Below are positions 28,656 through 37,413 of a stretch of 64,000 bases of DNA, one piece after another. Every line of letters starts with the position of its first letter. Within the stretch, counting starts at the first letter, position 1. Position numbers and translations under genes: made by a program. The stretch is from Acidimicrobiales bacterium (lineage in GTDB: Bacteria; Actinomycetota; Acidimicrobiia; Acidimicrobiales; Bog-793), in NCBI GenBank assembly GCA_050015475.1, contig JBEKBI010000015.1, forward strand, positions 182 to 64,181, read 5' to 3'. The notes beneath the pieces are model-generated. The model did no database searches. It worked only from the letters and a program-made list of their open reading frames with translations, and was not told the DNA's origin.

Positions 28656-29714
28656 TCAATCGACTCCGTAGCTCTGAGCCGTCGACTCGCCTTCGCCCGG
28701 TCCGGGAGCCGGCGCGCGCAAAGCCGCGTCGTCGACCACGCCGGCCTTGTCGCCGCCGACGGCGGCCCACATCACGCCCAGCGGAGCCTCGAGGCCCGTC
28801 CACAGCCTGATCTGGAGCGCGGCCTGGCTGACGAGCATGCCGAGCCCGTTGCGGACCGTCGCGCCCCGCTTCGCGGCAGCCGCCAAAAACGGCGTGAGAG
28901 GCGGGTCGTAGATGACATCGAAGATGACCTGACCCGGGCCGAACCAGGCGGGGTCGACGCCCGCCACCACCTCAGGACGCCCCTCGGCCGGCTCGCCCTT
29001 GAGGGCCACCCTTCCTCGGTCTTGCTTGCCGGAGTGCCCTCTCTGCTCAGGCCCGTCCTCGTGTTCCAGCTGAGCGGGACTTCCCATCGCGGCTGGTGTC
29101 GCCTGGACCACGAGATCCATCCCGGCAAGCTCGTCGGGCCGCCCGACCCGCACGATGTTCGGCGCCAGCGCCACCGAGCGCCATGCCGACGCCACCGTCC
29201 TGTTGACGATCACGATCTCAGCCGCGCCGGCCTCCGCCAGCGCCAGCACCGCCGAGCGACCCGCGCCGCCGGACCCGATGACGCCACAGCGCCGGCCGGC
29301 CGGATCGAAGCCCACCCCGGAGCGGAGATCGTCGAGCAGCCCACGCCCGTCGAAACTCTCGGCGAGGACGGCTCCCGGCTCGAAGGTGAGGGTGTTGGCG
29401 GCCCCGAGGCGGCGCACCGTTCTGGAGCGCCGGGTCGCGAGGCGCGCCGCCGAGTCCTTGTGGGGCATCGTCACCGACAGCCCGCGGAGCCCGAGCGCCA
29501 CCGCGCCGGCAACGGCGGCCTCGAAGGCGGTTTCCGGCACTTCGAAGGCGACGTAGCCCCAGTCGATGCCGAGGGCGGCTAAGGCGGCGTTGTGCAATAC
29601 AGGCGAGAGCGAATGGCGAACCGGGAAACCCACGACGCCGACGATCGCCGTGCCCGACCCGGGCCAGGCCGCGAGAGGACGCGAACCGTCTGTGGACAAA
29701 TCGAACTCAGTCAT
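28656..29714 (-). CDS. aroE: Shikimate dehydrogenase, with an internal charged insertion and a C-terminal tail
   Basis: SLSPVLHNAA, MPHK, GSGGAGRS and NRT blocks. ATG 29714 forms an ATGA overlap with the ruvX stop. Confidence 0.85.
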   Translation of the reverse strand: MTEFDLSTDGSRPLAAWPGSGTAIVGVVGFPVRHSLSPVLHNAALAALGIDWGYVAFEVPETAFEAAVAGAVALGLRGLSVTMPHKDSAARLATRRSRTVRRLGAANTLTFEPGAVLAESFDGRGLLDDLRSGVGFDPAGRRCGVIGSGGAGRSAVLALAEAGAAEIVIVNRTVASAWRSVALAPNIVRVGRPDELAGMDLVVQATPAAMGSPAQLEHEDGPEQRGHSGKQDRGRVALKGEPAEGRPEVVAGVDPAWFGPGQVIFDVIYDPPLTPFLAAAAKRGATVRNGLGMLVSQAALQIRLWTGLEAPLGVMWAAVGGDKAGVVDDAALRAPAPGPGEGESTAQSYGVD

Positions 29715-30247
29715 GTCTCGCCCCTGTTCTGCTCCAGCCACGACTGAAGGAGCACGGTCGCGGCCACGGCGTCAATCCCCGTTCGGCGCGCCGGCCCTCC
29801 ACCGGTCCCGGATCTGCGGGACAGGCTCCGGGGCCTGTCTCCGCCCGTCGACCTCGTTGGGGCCGAGAGCGACCGACGACGGGCAGCCTCGACCGTCGTC
29901 AGGCGCTCGTCGTGCAACACGACCGGGACCGACAGCTCGGCGGCGATCTGGGCGGCCTCCTGCTCGGCCTCGGTGGCAGCCGGACCCCGGGCTCCCGAGA
30001 GGGTGAGCGGGAGCCCCACCACCACCAGGCCGGCACCGACCTCGGTGACGAGGGCGGCGATGGCCCGGCGGTCCGCAGCCCTGTCACCGCTTCTCGTGAT
30101 CACCGAGTGCGGAGTGGCGAGCGTCCGCGACGAATCACTCACGGACACGCCTATGCGCCGCTCGCCGAGGTCGATCCCGACGACGCGCGAGGCGGCCTTC
30201 CAAGCGAGCTCTCCTAAGGGCTCTTCGCCCTGGCCAACCCCGGTCAA
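29711..30247 (-). CDS. ruvX: Holliday junction resolvase-like / pre-16S processing nuclease RuvX (YqgF)
   Basis: VVGIDLGERRIGVSVSD RNase-H-like N-terminus and a DERLTT block. The start is proposed at TTG 30247, which forms a TTGA overlap with the alaS stop. The 396-aa track ORF is over-extended. Confidence 0.8.
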   Translation of the reverse strand: MTGVGQGEEPLGELAWKAASRVVGIDLGERRIGVSVSDSSRTLATPHSVITRSGDRAADRRAIAALVTEVGAGLVVVGLPLTLSGARGPAATEAEQEAAQIAAELSVPVVLHDERLTTVEAARRRSLSAPTRSTGGDRPRSLSRRSGTGGGPARRTGIDAVAATVLLQSWLEQNRGET

Positions 30248-32898
30248 GCCGGAGCCCCGCCCTCTGGCGCCGGCGGGGCGCCTTGCCTGCCCAGGACCTC
30301 GGCAAGCTTCTCCAAGGCCTCGGGGATCCCCGCCACATCCCTGCCCCCGGCTGTCGCCAGTTCCGGCGACCCGCCCCCGCCGCCGCCGACGGCCGCGGCG
30401 GCGACGGCCGCCGCCGCGCGGGCGTCGATCCCAGACCCCTTCTTGGCGGCGACCACCAACCCGACCCGCTCCGGGCCGGTCACACCCACGAGGCCCACGG
30501 CCGCGACCGAGGCGTGGTTCCGGACCGCGATCGCCAGGTCCCGAAGCTTCCCCGCCTCGAGCCCATCGCGTCGCGCGACCACGACGCCGCTCCCGCCAGC
30601 AGCCTGGCCGGCGAGATCTTCGGCCTCCTGGCGGAGTTGCCCGGAGCGCAGCTGACCCAACTCCTGCTCGAGGGTCCGTTCGCTCGCGAGCAGCCGCTCG
30701 ATCGCCGCTTCGAGTTCGAGGGGCTGGGTCCGCAAACGCTCGGCCGCCCTCTCGGCGGTCCGCTCCAACAGCCGGAAGCGCGCGATGCTGGCCGCGCCCG
30801 TCACTGCCTCGATTCGGCGCGTGTTGGAGCCGATGGAGGCCTCCGAGACGATCCGCAACGGGCCGATGGCGCCGAGCGCGTTCACATGGGTGCCTCCGCA
30901 CAGCTCGATCGAAGACGCGCCGGCCTCCACGACGCGCACGACCGCGCCGTACTTGTCGCCGAAGAAAGCCATGGCGCCGGCGGCTTCCGCCTCCTGGCGC
31001 GTCGTCTCATGGATGCGGACGGGCTCGTTGCGGAGCACCTCGGCGTTGACGAGGTCCTCGACGGCGTCTATCTCCTCCTCGGTCATAGGACCGAAGTGGC
31101 TGAAGTCGAACCGGAGGCGATCGGGCGCGACAAGCGAGCCCTGCTGGCGCACATGATCGCCGAGGACCCGTCTCAAGGCCCAGTGCAATAGGTGAGTACC
31201 CGTGTGGTTGCGACGGATCGACTCCCGGCGCTCGAAGTCGATGGCGGCCACCGCCTCTTGCCCGGGGTCGATCGATCCTTCCACCACATAGCCGAGATGC
31301 CTGGTGAGGCCCTCGACGACCGAGGTCGCGTCGAGCACTCGCACCTTGCCGCTCGTGGTCGTGATCGAGCCCGTGTCACCCACCTGTCCGCCGCCCTCGG
31401 CGTAAAAGGGCGTCCTGTCCAAGAAGACCTCCACGAGCGCCGCTTCGGTGGGCGCGTGCTCACCGTCCACGTTGGCAAAGGACGCGTCGACCGTGCTCGG
31501 GAGGATCGCGAGCACTCGCGCCTCGGCTTCGGCCTCCTCGTAGCCGAGGAACTCGGTCGGTCCGAAGTTCGCCCTTATCTCGCTCCACTCGGCGCTGATC
31601 GCCTCACCCGCCGCCGCGCCCAGCCGCCCGGCCTCACGGGCGCGCTGGCGCTGTTGTTCCATCGCCACGTCGAAGCCGTCCCGGTCCACCTTCACCCCGC
31701 GCTCGCGGGCGATCTCCTCGGTCAGATCGATCGGGAAGCCGTAGGTGTCATGAAGCTGGAAGGCGACGCCACCTGCCACGGCGCCGCCCCCCGTGGCGAG
31801 CTCCGCCTCGAGCAGCGCCGTGCCGGAGCGCAGCGTGCGCAAGAACGCCTCTTCCTCGTGGACCGCGATCCGCTTGATGAGCTCTTTGTCCCGCTGAAGC
31901 TTGGGATACGAGGTCCCCATGACCTCCGCCACGACGTCGACGACACCCGGGGTGACAAGACCCTTGGCCCCGAGGCGCTGGGCCACGAGCACCGCCCGGC
32001 GGATCAGCCGCCGGAGCACGTACCCCCGGCTCTCGTTCGAGGGGAAGACACCGTCGGAGATCAGCATCGTGAGCGTGCGGGCGTGGTCGGCCACTATGCG
32101 CAGCCCGACGTCGTTCTCCTCCGTGATCTTGTACCCCCGGCCCGTGACAGAGGACACGGCCTCGATGATCGGGACGAACAAGTCCGTGTCGAAGACTGAC
32201 TCGACGCCTTCGATGAGGGTGAGGATGCGGTCGAGCCCTGCCCCGGTGTCGATGTTCTTTTGCGGGAGTTCGGTCAATGACCCGTCCGCGTGGCGGTCGT
32301 ACTGCATGAAGACGAGGTTCCAGACCTCCGGGTAGCGGTCGCCCCCTTGGGCGGGCCCGCCCCCTGGGCCGTATTCCGGCCCCCGGTCGAAGAAGATCTC
32401 GGAATCCGGCCCACAAGGCCCGGTGTCCCCCATGCTCCAGAGATTGTCCTCGTCGAGGCGCTGCACCCGGCCGGAGACGAGACCGGGAACCGCGTGCCAC
32501 AGCTCCTCCGCCTCGTCGTCGGACACGTGCACCGTCACCCAAAGATGTGCAGGGTCTATGCCCAGCTTCTCGGTGAGCAGCTCCCAGGCGTAGGAAATGG
32601 CCGCCTCTTTGAAATAGTCACCGAAGCTGAAATTCCCGAGCATCTCGAACATCGTCAGATGGCGCGATGTCGTGCCGACCACATCGATGTCGACCGTGCG
32701 CACACATGGTTGCACTGTCGTCGCCCGAGGCGCCGGTGGCGGTGACTCTGCCAGAAAATATGGCTTGAACTGGACCATTCCCGCGATCGTGAAGAGCATC
32801 GAGGGGTCGTTCGGCACCAGGCTCGCGGCTGGCAGGGAGAGATGCCCCCGGTCGACGAAGTACTTCGTGAAGGTGTTGCGCAGCTGGTCCGCGTTCAC
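30244..32898 (-). CDS. alaS: Alanine--tRNA ligase
   Basis: FTIAGMVQFKP, editing-domain HTGTHLLHWAL and CGGTHV blocks, 884 aa. The GTG start forms a GTGA overlap with the rarA stop. Confidence 0.96.
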   Translation of the reverse strand: MNADQLRNTFTKYFVDRGHLSLPAASLVPNDPSMLFTIAGMVQFKPYFLAESPPPAPRATTVQPCVRTVDIDVVGTTSRHLTMFEMLGNFSFGDYFKEAAISYAWELLTEKLGIDPAHLWVTVHVSDDEAEELWHAVPGLVSGRVQRLDEDNLWSMGDTGPCGPDSEIFFDRGPEYGPGGGPAQGGDRYPEVWNLVFMQYDRHADGSLTELPQKNIDTGAGLDRILTLIEGVESVFDTDLFVPIIEAVSSVTGRGYKITEENDVGLRIVADHARTLTMLISDGVFPSNESRGYVLRRLIRRAVLVAQRLGAKGLVTPGVVDVVAEVMGTSYPKLQRDKELIKRIAVHEEEAFLRTLRSGTALLEAELATGGGAVAGGVAFQLHDTYGFPIDLTEEIARERGVKVDRDGFDVAMEQQRQRAREAGRLGAAAGEAISAEWSEIRANFGPTEFLGYEEAEAEARVLAILPSTVDASFANVDGEHAPTEAALVEVFLDRTPFYAEGGGQVGDTGSITTTSGKVRVLDATSVVEGLTRHLGYVVEGSIDPGQEAVAAIDFERRESIRRNHTGTHLLHWALRRVLGDHVRQQGSLVAPDRLRFDFSHFGPMTEEEIDAVEDLVNAEVLRNEPVRIHETTRQEAEAAGAMAFFGDKYGAVVRVVEAGASSIELCGGTHVNALGAIGPLRIVSEASIGSNTRRIEAVTGAASIARFRLLERTAERAAERLRTQPLELEAAIERLLASERTLEQELGQLRSGQLRQEAEDLAGQAAGGSGVVVARRDGLEAGKLRDLAIAVRNHASVAAVGLVGVTGPERVGLVVAAKKGSGIDARAAAAVAAAAVGGGGGGSPELATAGGRDVAGIPEALEKLAEVLGRQGAPPAPEGGAPA

Positions 32899-34358
32899 CT
32901 CTCGCCTTGCCTTTCCCTCGAGTCCTTTGCTTCTGCGTGCTTCGACGGTTCCTCGCCACCCGCACCGGGCGAGTCGCCGGGCCCCTCAGGCGATGATCGC
33001 TCGCCCCGCCTAGCCTTCCACTGCTCGGCAATTGCCTTCTCGGCGCCATGTTCCGAAGGCTTGTAGTAGCGGCGCCCTTCGAGGTTCCGAGGCAGATACA
33101 CGGCTTCCACGAAGCCCCGCGGGTCATCGTGAGGATACTCGTAGCCGACCCCGTGCCCGAGAGCCTCCGCCCCGCGGTAGTGCGCGTCCCGGATCTCGGG
33201 CGGCACAGGACCGAGGGGCTGTTCGCGCACATCAGCCTGCGCCCCCCACCATCCGAGTGCCACGCGGTTGGACTTCGGGGCGAGTGCCAGATGCACCACC
33301 GCCTGCGCCAAGTTGAGCCCTGCCTCGGGCAGCCCGACGAATTCGACGGCGTGGGCCGCCGCGGTGGCGACGGCAAGCGCACCCGGGTCCGCCATACCCA
33401 CGTCCTCGCTGGCGAGGATCACGAGCCGGCGGGCGATGAAACGTGGGTCCTCGCCCTCCTCGACCAGCCGCGCCATCCAGTAGAGGCCCGCATCGGGATC
33501 AGAGCCGCGCACGGACTTGATGAGAGCCGAGATCAGGTCGTAGTGCTCCTCGCGACCGTGGCGGAACGCCCGCGTCTCCCGGGCGCCCTCGACGTCCTCG
33601 AGCGAGATCGTCGACGAGCCCCTGCTCTCCGCGCCCGCCGGATTCGCGCGGTCCCGGCCCCGTGCGAGCGCCATCGCCACTTCGAGTGTGGTGAGCACCG
33701 CCCTCGCATCCCCCTCGACGAGGTCGACGAGACGCGAGATCGCCTCCGGGTCGGCTTTGAATCCCTCGGCGACGAGAGCGCGCTGGGCGAGCTCTCTGAG
33801 CTCCGCCGCACCGAGCGCCTCGAAGCGCCAAAGCGTCGAACGGCTGAGGAGCGGGGCATTCAGGGCGAAGAACGGGTTCTCCGTCGTCGCCCCCACCAGC
33901 ACGATCACTCCCTCCTCGACACCGTGCAGCAGGGCGTCCTGCTGTGCCTTGTTGAACCGGTGCACCTCGTCCAGGAACAGGATCGTGCCCCGGCCCTCGG
34001 CGCCAAGTGCCCTACGGGCGTCCTCGAGCTCGTTGCGCACGTCCTTCACGCCGGCGTCGACGGCCGAGAGCACCCGAAACCGGCGCGAGGTGTGCTCGGC
34101 CAACAATCGCGCCACTGTCGTCTTGCCCGTCCCGGGAGGCCCGAAGAAGATCGCCGAGCTGAGCCGGTCGTCCTCGATCAGAGCCCGCAGCGGCGCCCCC
34201 GGGCCGAGGAGGTGGCCCTGGCCCACGACCTCATCGAGGCGTCTCGGGCGCAGGCGAGCCGCCAAGGGCGCCCGCACAGCCAGCTCGTCGGTGGCGGCGG
34301 CGTCGAACAGGTCGGGCGGGCGGCCGCCGCCCGCGCCGGATGCTGGTCCGGCCCTCAC
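32895..34358 (-). CDS. rarA: Replication-associated recombination protein A (AAA+ ATPase)
   Basis: Walker A GPPGTGKTT, FLDEVHRFNKAQQD, and the C-terminal MgsA domain block YEYPHD. Confidence 0.92.
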   Translation of the reverse strand: MRAGPASGAGGGRPPDLFDAAATDELAVRAPLAARLRPRRLDEVVGQGHLLGPGAPLRALIEDDRLSSAIFFGPPGTGKTTVARLLAEHTSRRFRVLSAVDAGVKDVRNELEDARRALGAEGRGTILFLDEVHRFNKAQQDALLHGVEEGVIVLVGATTENPFFALNAPLLSRSTLWRFEALGAAELRELAQRALVAEGFKADPEAISRLVDLVEGDARAVLTTLEVAMALARGRDRANPAGAESRGSSTISLEDVEGARETRAFRHGREEHYDLISALIKSVRGSDPDAGLYWMARLVEEGEDPRFIARRLVILASEDVGMADPGALAVATAAAHAVEFVGLPEAGLNLAQAVVHLALAPKSNRVALGWWGAQADVREQPLGPVPPEIRDAHYRGAEALGHGVGYEYPHDDPRGFVEAVYLPRNLEGRRYYKPSEHGAEKAIAEQWKARRGERSSPEGPGDSPGAGGEEPSKHAEAKDSRERQGER

Positions 34359-36148
34359 GCCCCGCTCGGGGCCGGCGTCCCGGGCGCTCCCGTCTTGGCG
34401 GGTGTCACGACCCGGATCCCGAGCTCGGTGAGCTGTCGCGACGTGAGCGGCTTCGGCGCGCCCGACATCAAGTCGGCCCCCGACTGGGTCTTCGGGTAGG
34501 CGATGACCTCACGGATGTTGTCCTCACCCGCCAGCATGGCGACAAACCGGTCCAGACCCACGGCGAAGCCGCCGTGGGGCGGCGCCCCGTAGCGGAACGC
34601 CCCGAGCAAGAAACCGAAGCGGGACTCCGCCTCCTCGTCCGAGATCCCGAGCGCCCTGAACACCTTCCGCTGAATGTCCCCACGGTGGATTCGGATGCTC
34701 CCCGATCCGAGCTCCCAACCGTTCAAAACCAGGTCGTAGCTCTGGGAGCGCACCTCGACAGGCGATGTCTCCAGAAGCTCGACGTCGTCGGGATGGGGCA
34801 TGGTGAACGGGTGGTGGGCGGCAATGAGATGACCCTCGTCGTCCCTGCCCTCAAAGAGCGGGAACTCGATGATCCAGACGAAGCGGAAGGGCCTCTCGGC
34901 GAGAGGCGGCTGGCCGATCTCGAGGCGCAACTGGCCCAGCACCTTGCACGTGAGCTCGCGCTCGCCCGCCACGACGAGCACGAGGTCACCCGGCTCGGCC
35001 GCGGTCGCGGCCACGATCCGTCCCTGGTGCTCGGTCGAGATGAACTTCGCCACGGGAGACTCGAGGGATCCCTCGGGGCGCACGCGCATCCACACGAGCC
35101 CCTTTGCGCCGAGCGCGACGGCGCGCGCCACGAGGGCGTCGAGCCGGCTGCGGGGCCAGTCCCCCGCCTCGGGCACTCGGATCGCACGCACGCAGGGGGC
35201 CTTGAAGGCGTTGAACTCGGTCCCGGCGACCGCCTCGACGAGATCGACGAGCTCCATGCCGAAGCGGAGGTCGGGCTTGTCGGTGCCGAACCGGTCGAGG
35301 GCGTCGTTCCAGGTCATGGTGACGATCTCCGGCGGCGTCTCGCCGGTGACGGCGCGGGTGGCCTCGATCACCGCCTCGCTCACGAAGCCGAGGATGTCGG
35401 CCTGCGAAACGAAGGAAGCCTCGATGTCGAGCTGCGTGAATTCGAATTGGCGATCCGCCCTCAAGTCCTCGTCCCGCATGCAACGCGCGATCTGGTAGTA
35501 GCGGTCGAGGCCGCCGACCATCAGCAATTGCTTGGCTATTTGCGGGCTTTGGGGAAGCACGTAGAACGAGCCGTGCTGCAATCGGGCCGGGATGGCGAAC
35601 TCCCGGGCGCCCTCCGGCGTCGGTGTCCACAGCATCGGCGTCTCGACCTCGACGAAACCCTGCCGCTCCATGGAGGCTCTGAGCGAGCTGTTCACCTGCG
35701 CCCGCAGCCTCAAGTTGCGCTGCATGCGCTCGGTTCGAAGGTCGAGGTACCGATAGCGCAGCCGCACCGACTCGTCGGTGTCGAGACGGGCGTCGAGCGA
35801 GTAGGGCGGGGGCTCGGCGGCCGAGAGCACCTCGACTTCACAGTCGCCAAGCTCCACCTCGCCTGTGGGCAGGGTCTCGTTGGTTGTGCCCTCGGGACGG
35901 AGCCGCACGGTCCCCGTCACGCGCAGCACGTACTCCGAGCGGAGATCGCCCGCTCCGTCGACGACGCACTGGATGAGCCCGGTGTGGTCCCTCAGGTCAA
36001 CAAAAGCCAGGTGCTCGCCGTGCTCGCGGCGGCGCGCCACCCAGCCGCACACGCTCACGGTCCTGCCCGCGTCCGCGACCCGCAAGGCGCCGCAGTAGGC
36101 GCTTCGCAAGCCCGCGGGGGCAGGGAATTCCGGGCTGGCAGCGCTCAT
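34355..36148 (-). CDS. aspS: Aspartate--tRNA ligase
   Basis: FVDLRDHTG, QSPQIAKQLLMVGG, ARCMRDEDLRADRQFEFTQLD and GLDR blocks. ATG 36148 forms an ATGA overlap with the hisS stop. The track ORF is 80 aa longer. Confidence 0.95.
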   Translation of the reverse strand: MSAASPEFPAPAGLRSAYCGALRVADAGRTVSVCGWVARRREHGEHLAFVDLRDHTGLIQCVVDGAGDLRSEYVLRVTGTVRLRPEGTTNETLPTGEVELGDCEVEVLSAAEPPPYSLDARLDTDESVRLRYRYLDLRTERMQRNLRLRAQVNSSLRASMERQGFVEVETPMLWTPTPEGAREFAIPARLQHGSFYVLPQSPQIAKQLLMVGGLDRYYQIARCMRDEDLRADRQFEFTQLDIEASFVSQADILGFVSEAVIEATRAVTGETPPEIVTMTWNDALDRFGTDKPDLRFGMELVDLVEAVAGTEFNAFKAPCVRAIRVPEAGDWPRSRLDALVARAVALGAKGLVWMRVRPEGSLESPVAKFISTEHQGRIVAATAAEPGDLVLVVAGERELTCKVLGQLRLEIGQPPLAERPFRFVWIIEFPLFEGRDDEGHLIAAHHPFTMPHPDDVELLETSPVEVRSQSYDLVLNGWELGSGSIRIHRGDIQRKVFRALGISDEEAESRFGFLLGAFRYGAPPHGGFAVGLDRFVAMLAGEDNIREVIAYPKTQSGADLMSGAPKPLTSRQLTELGIRVVTPAKTGAPGTPAPSGA

Positions 36149-37413
36149 GGCGACCTCGTGATCTCGTTGAGACGGGCCACGAGCCCGTCGCGGGGCACTT
36201 TCTCCTGCAGGTGTTCCTCCAGGCCCCTCAGCACCCTCAAGGTGACGAGGCCTGAGGCGAGGTCCTCCGCGCCGACTATGCAGGCCACTCTGGCCCCGGA
36301 GCGGTCGGCCGCCTTCAACTGTGCCTTCATCGACCGCCCGTCGAACGCCCGGTCCACCGATAGCCCGGCCTTTCTCAGCTCTTGGCACAACTCGAGCGCG
36401 ATCCCGGTGTCGCTCGAGTCCACGACGAACACCTTGAGCGGCGGGCTCAGCCTGAGCTCGCCGGGGAGGAGCACGCCGTCTGAGTCACACGCGAGCAGGA
36501 TCCTCTCGATGCCGGCGCCGAAGCCGACGCCGGAGACATCCGGCCCGCCGAGAGCCGCCACCAAGCCGTCGTAACGACCTCCGCCACCCACGCCCTCCAG
36601 GGTGTCGGAGCCGTACTCGAAGGTCGTGCGGGTGTAGTAGTCGAGGCCCCGGACGAGGAAATCGTCCCGCTCGTAGCCGACGCCGAGCCGCTCGAGCCCG
36701 TCGAGCACGGCCGCGAAATGTTGCCGGCACCCCTCGCACAAGGCGTCGCTCAGCCGCGGCGCGCCCGCACCCACGCCCCGGCATTCCGGGCGCTTGCAGT
36801 CCAGGATCCGCAAGGGGTTCACGGACCACTTGTACCGGTGCTCCTCGCACAATTCGCCGGCATGCGAGCCGAGATAGGCCGCCAGCTTCTCCCTGTAACC
36901 CGGGGCGCACACCTCGTCCCCGAGGGAGTTCACCTTCAACCGGAGCGACTTCAGCCCGAGGTCGCGATACAGCTCGGCGAGAAGCGAGATGACCTCCACG
37001 TCGGCCATGGCGTCGGCGGTCCCAAGTGTCTCGACGCCGAGCTGGTGGTGCTGCCGAAAGCGCCCCGCCTGAGGGCGCTCGTAGCGGAACATCGGCGCCA
37101 CGTAATAGGCCTTGTAAGGAGGCACCGGGGCGTGCTGCACGTATGCCCGCACCACAGAGGCCGTGCCCTCCGGGCGCAGCGCTATGTCGCGGCCTCCCCG
37201 ATCCTTGAACTCGTACATCTCCTTGCGAACGACGTCCGAGGACTCACCCGAGCTACGGCGGAAGACTTCCGCGTCTTCGAACCCGGGACTCATCGCGAGA
37301 CCGAATCCGTAGCGTTGGGCAAGGCCCGCGAAACGCCCGATGAGCTCGGCCCAGCGCGCGCTCTCCGGAGCGAGGATGTCCTGGGTCCCCTTCGGGGCCT
37401 GGAAGCCCGTCAC
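36145..37413 (-). CDS. hisS: Histidine--tRNA ligase
   Basis: Class II motif 2 FRYERPQAGRFRQHHQ and GGGRYDGL. The GTG start forms a GTGA overlap with the relA stop. Confidence 0.95.
   Translation of the reverse strand: MTGFQAPKGTQDILAPESARWAELIGRFAGLAQRYGFGLAMSPGFEDAEVFRRSSGESSDVVRKEMYEFKDRGGRDIALRPEGTASVVRAYVQHAPVPPYKAYYVAPMFRYERPQAGRFRQHHQLGVETLGTADAMADVEVISLLAELYRDLGLKSLRLKVNSLGDEVCAPGYREKLAAYLGSHAGELCEEHRYKWSVNPLRILDCKRPECRGVGAGAPRLSDALCEGCRQHFAAVLDGLERLGVGYERDDFLVRGLDYYTRTTFEYGSDTLEGVGGGGRYDGLVAALGGPDVSGVGFGAGIERILLACDSDGVLLPGELRLSPPLKVFVVDSSDTGIALELCQELRKAGLSVDRAFDGRSMKAQLKAADRSGARVACIVGAEDLASGLVTLRVLRGLEEHLQEKVPRDGLVARLNEITRSP

Noticed and set aside
29711-30901. 396-aa ORF containing ruvX
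   Set aside because: The N-terminal ~220 aa are Arg/Gly/Pro-rich and overlap the well-supported alaS 3' region in another frame. Only the YqgF/RuvX core (from about 30247) is credible.
34340-36574. 744-aa plus-strand ORF
   Set aside because: It is antisense to aspS and hisS and matches no recognisable family. It shows the same high-GC shadow-ORF composition. The same reasoning rejects 46464-48392 (+), 25621-27492 (+), 57783-59468 (+), 60732-62240 (+), 20647-21999 (+), 19054-20670 (-), 25280-26713 (-), 50288-51580 (-) and 33048-34499 (+).
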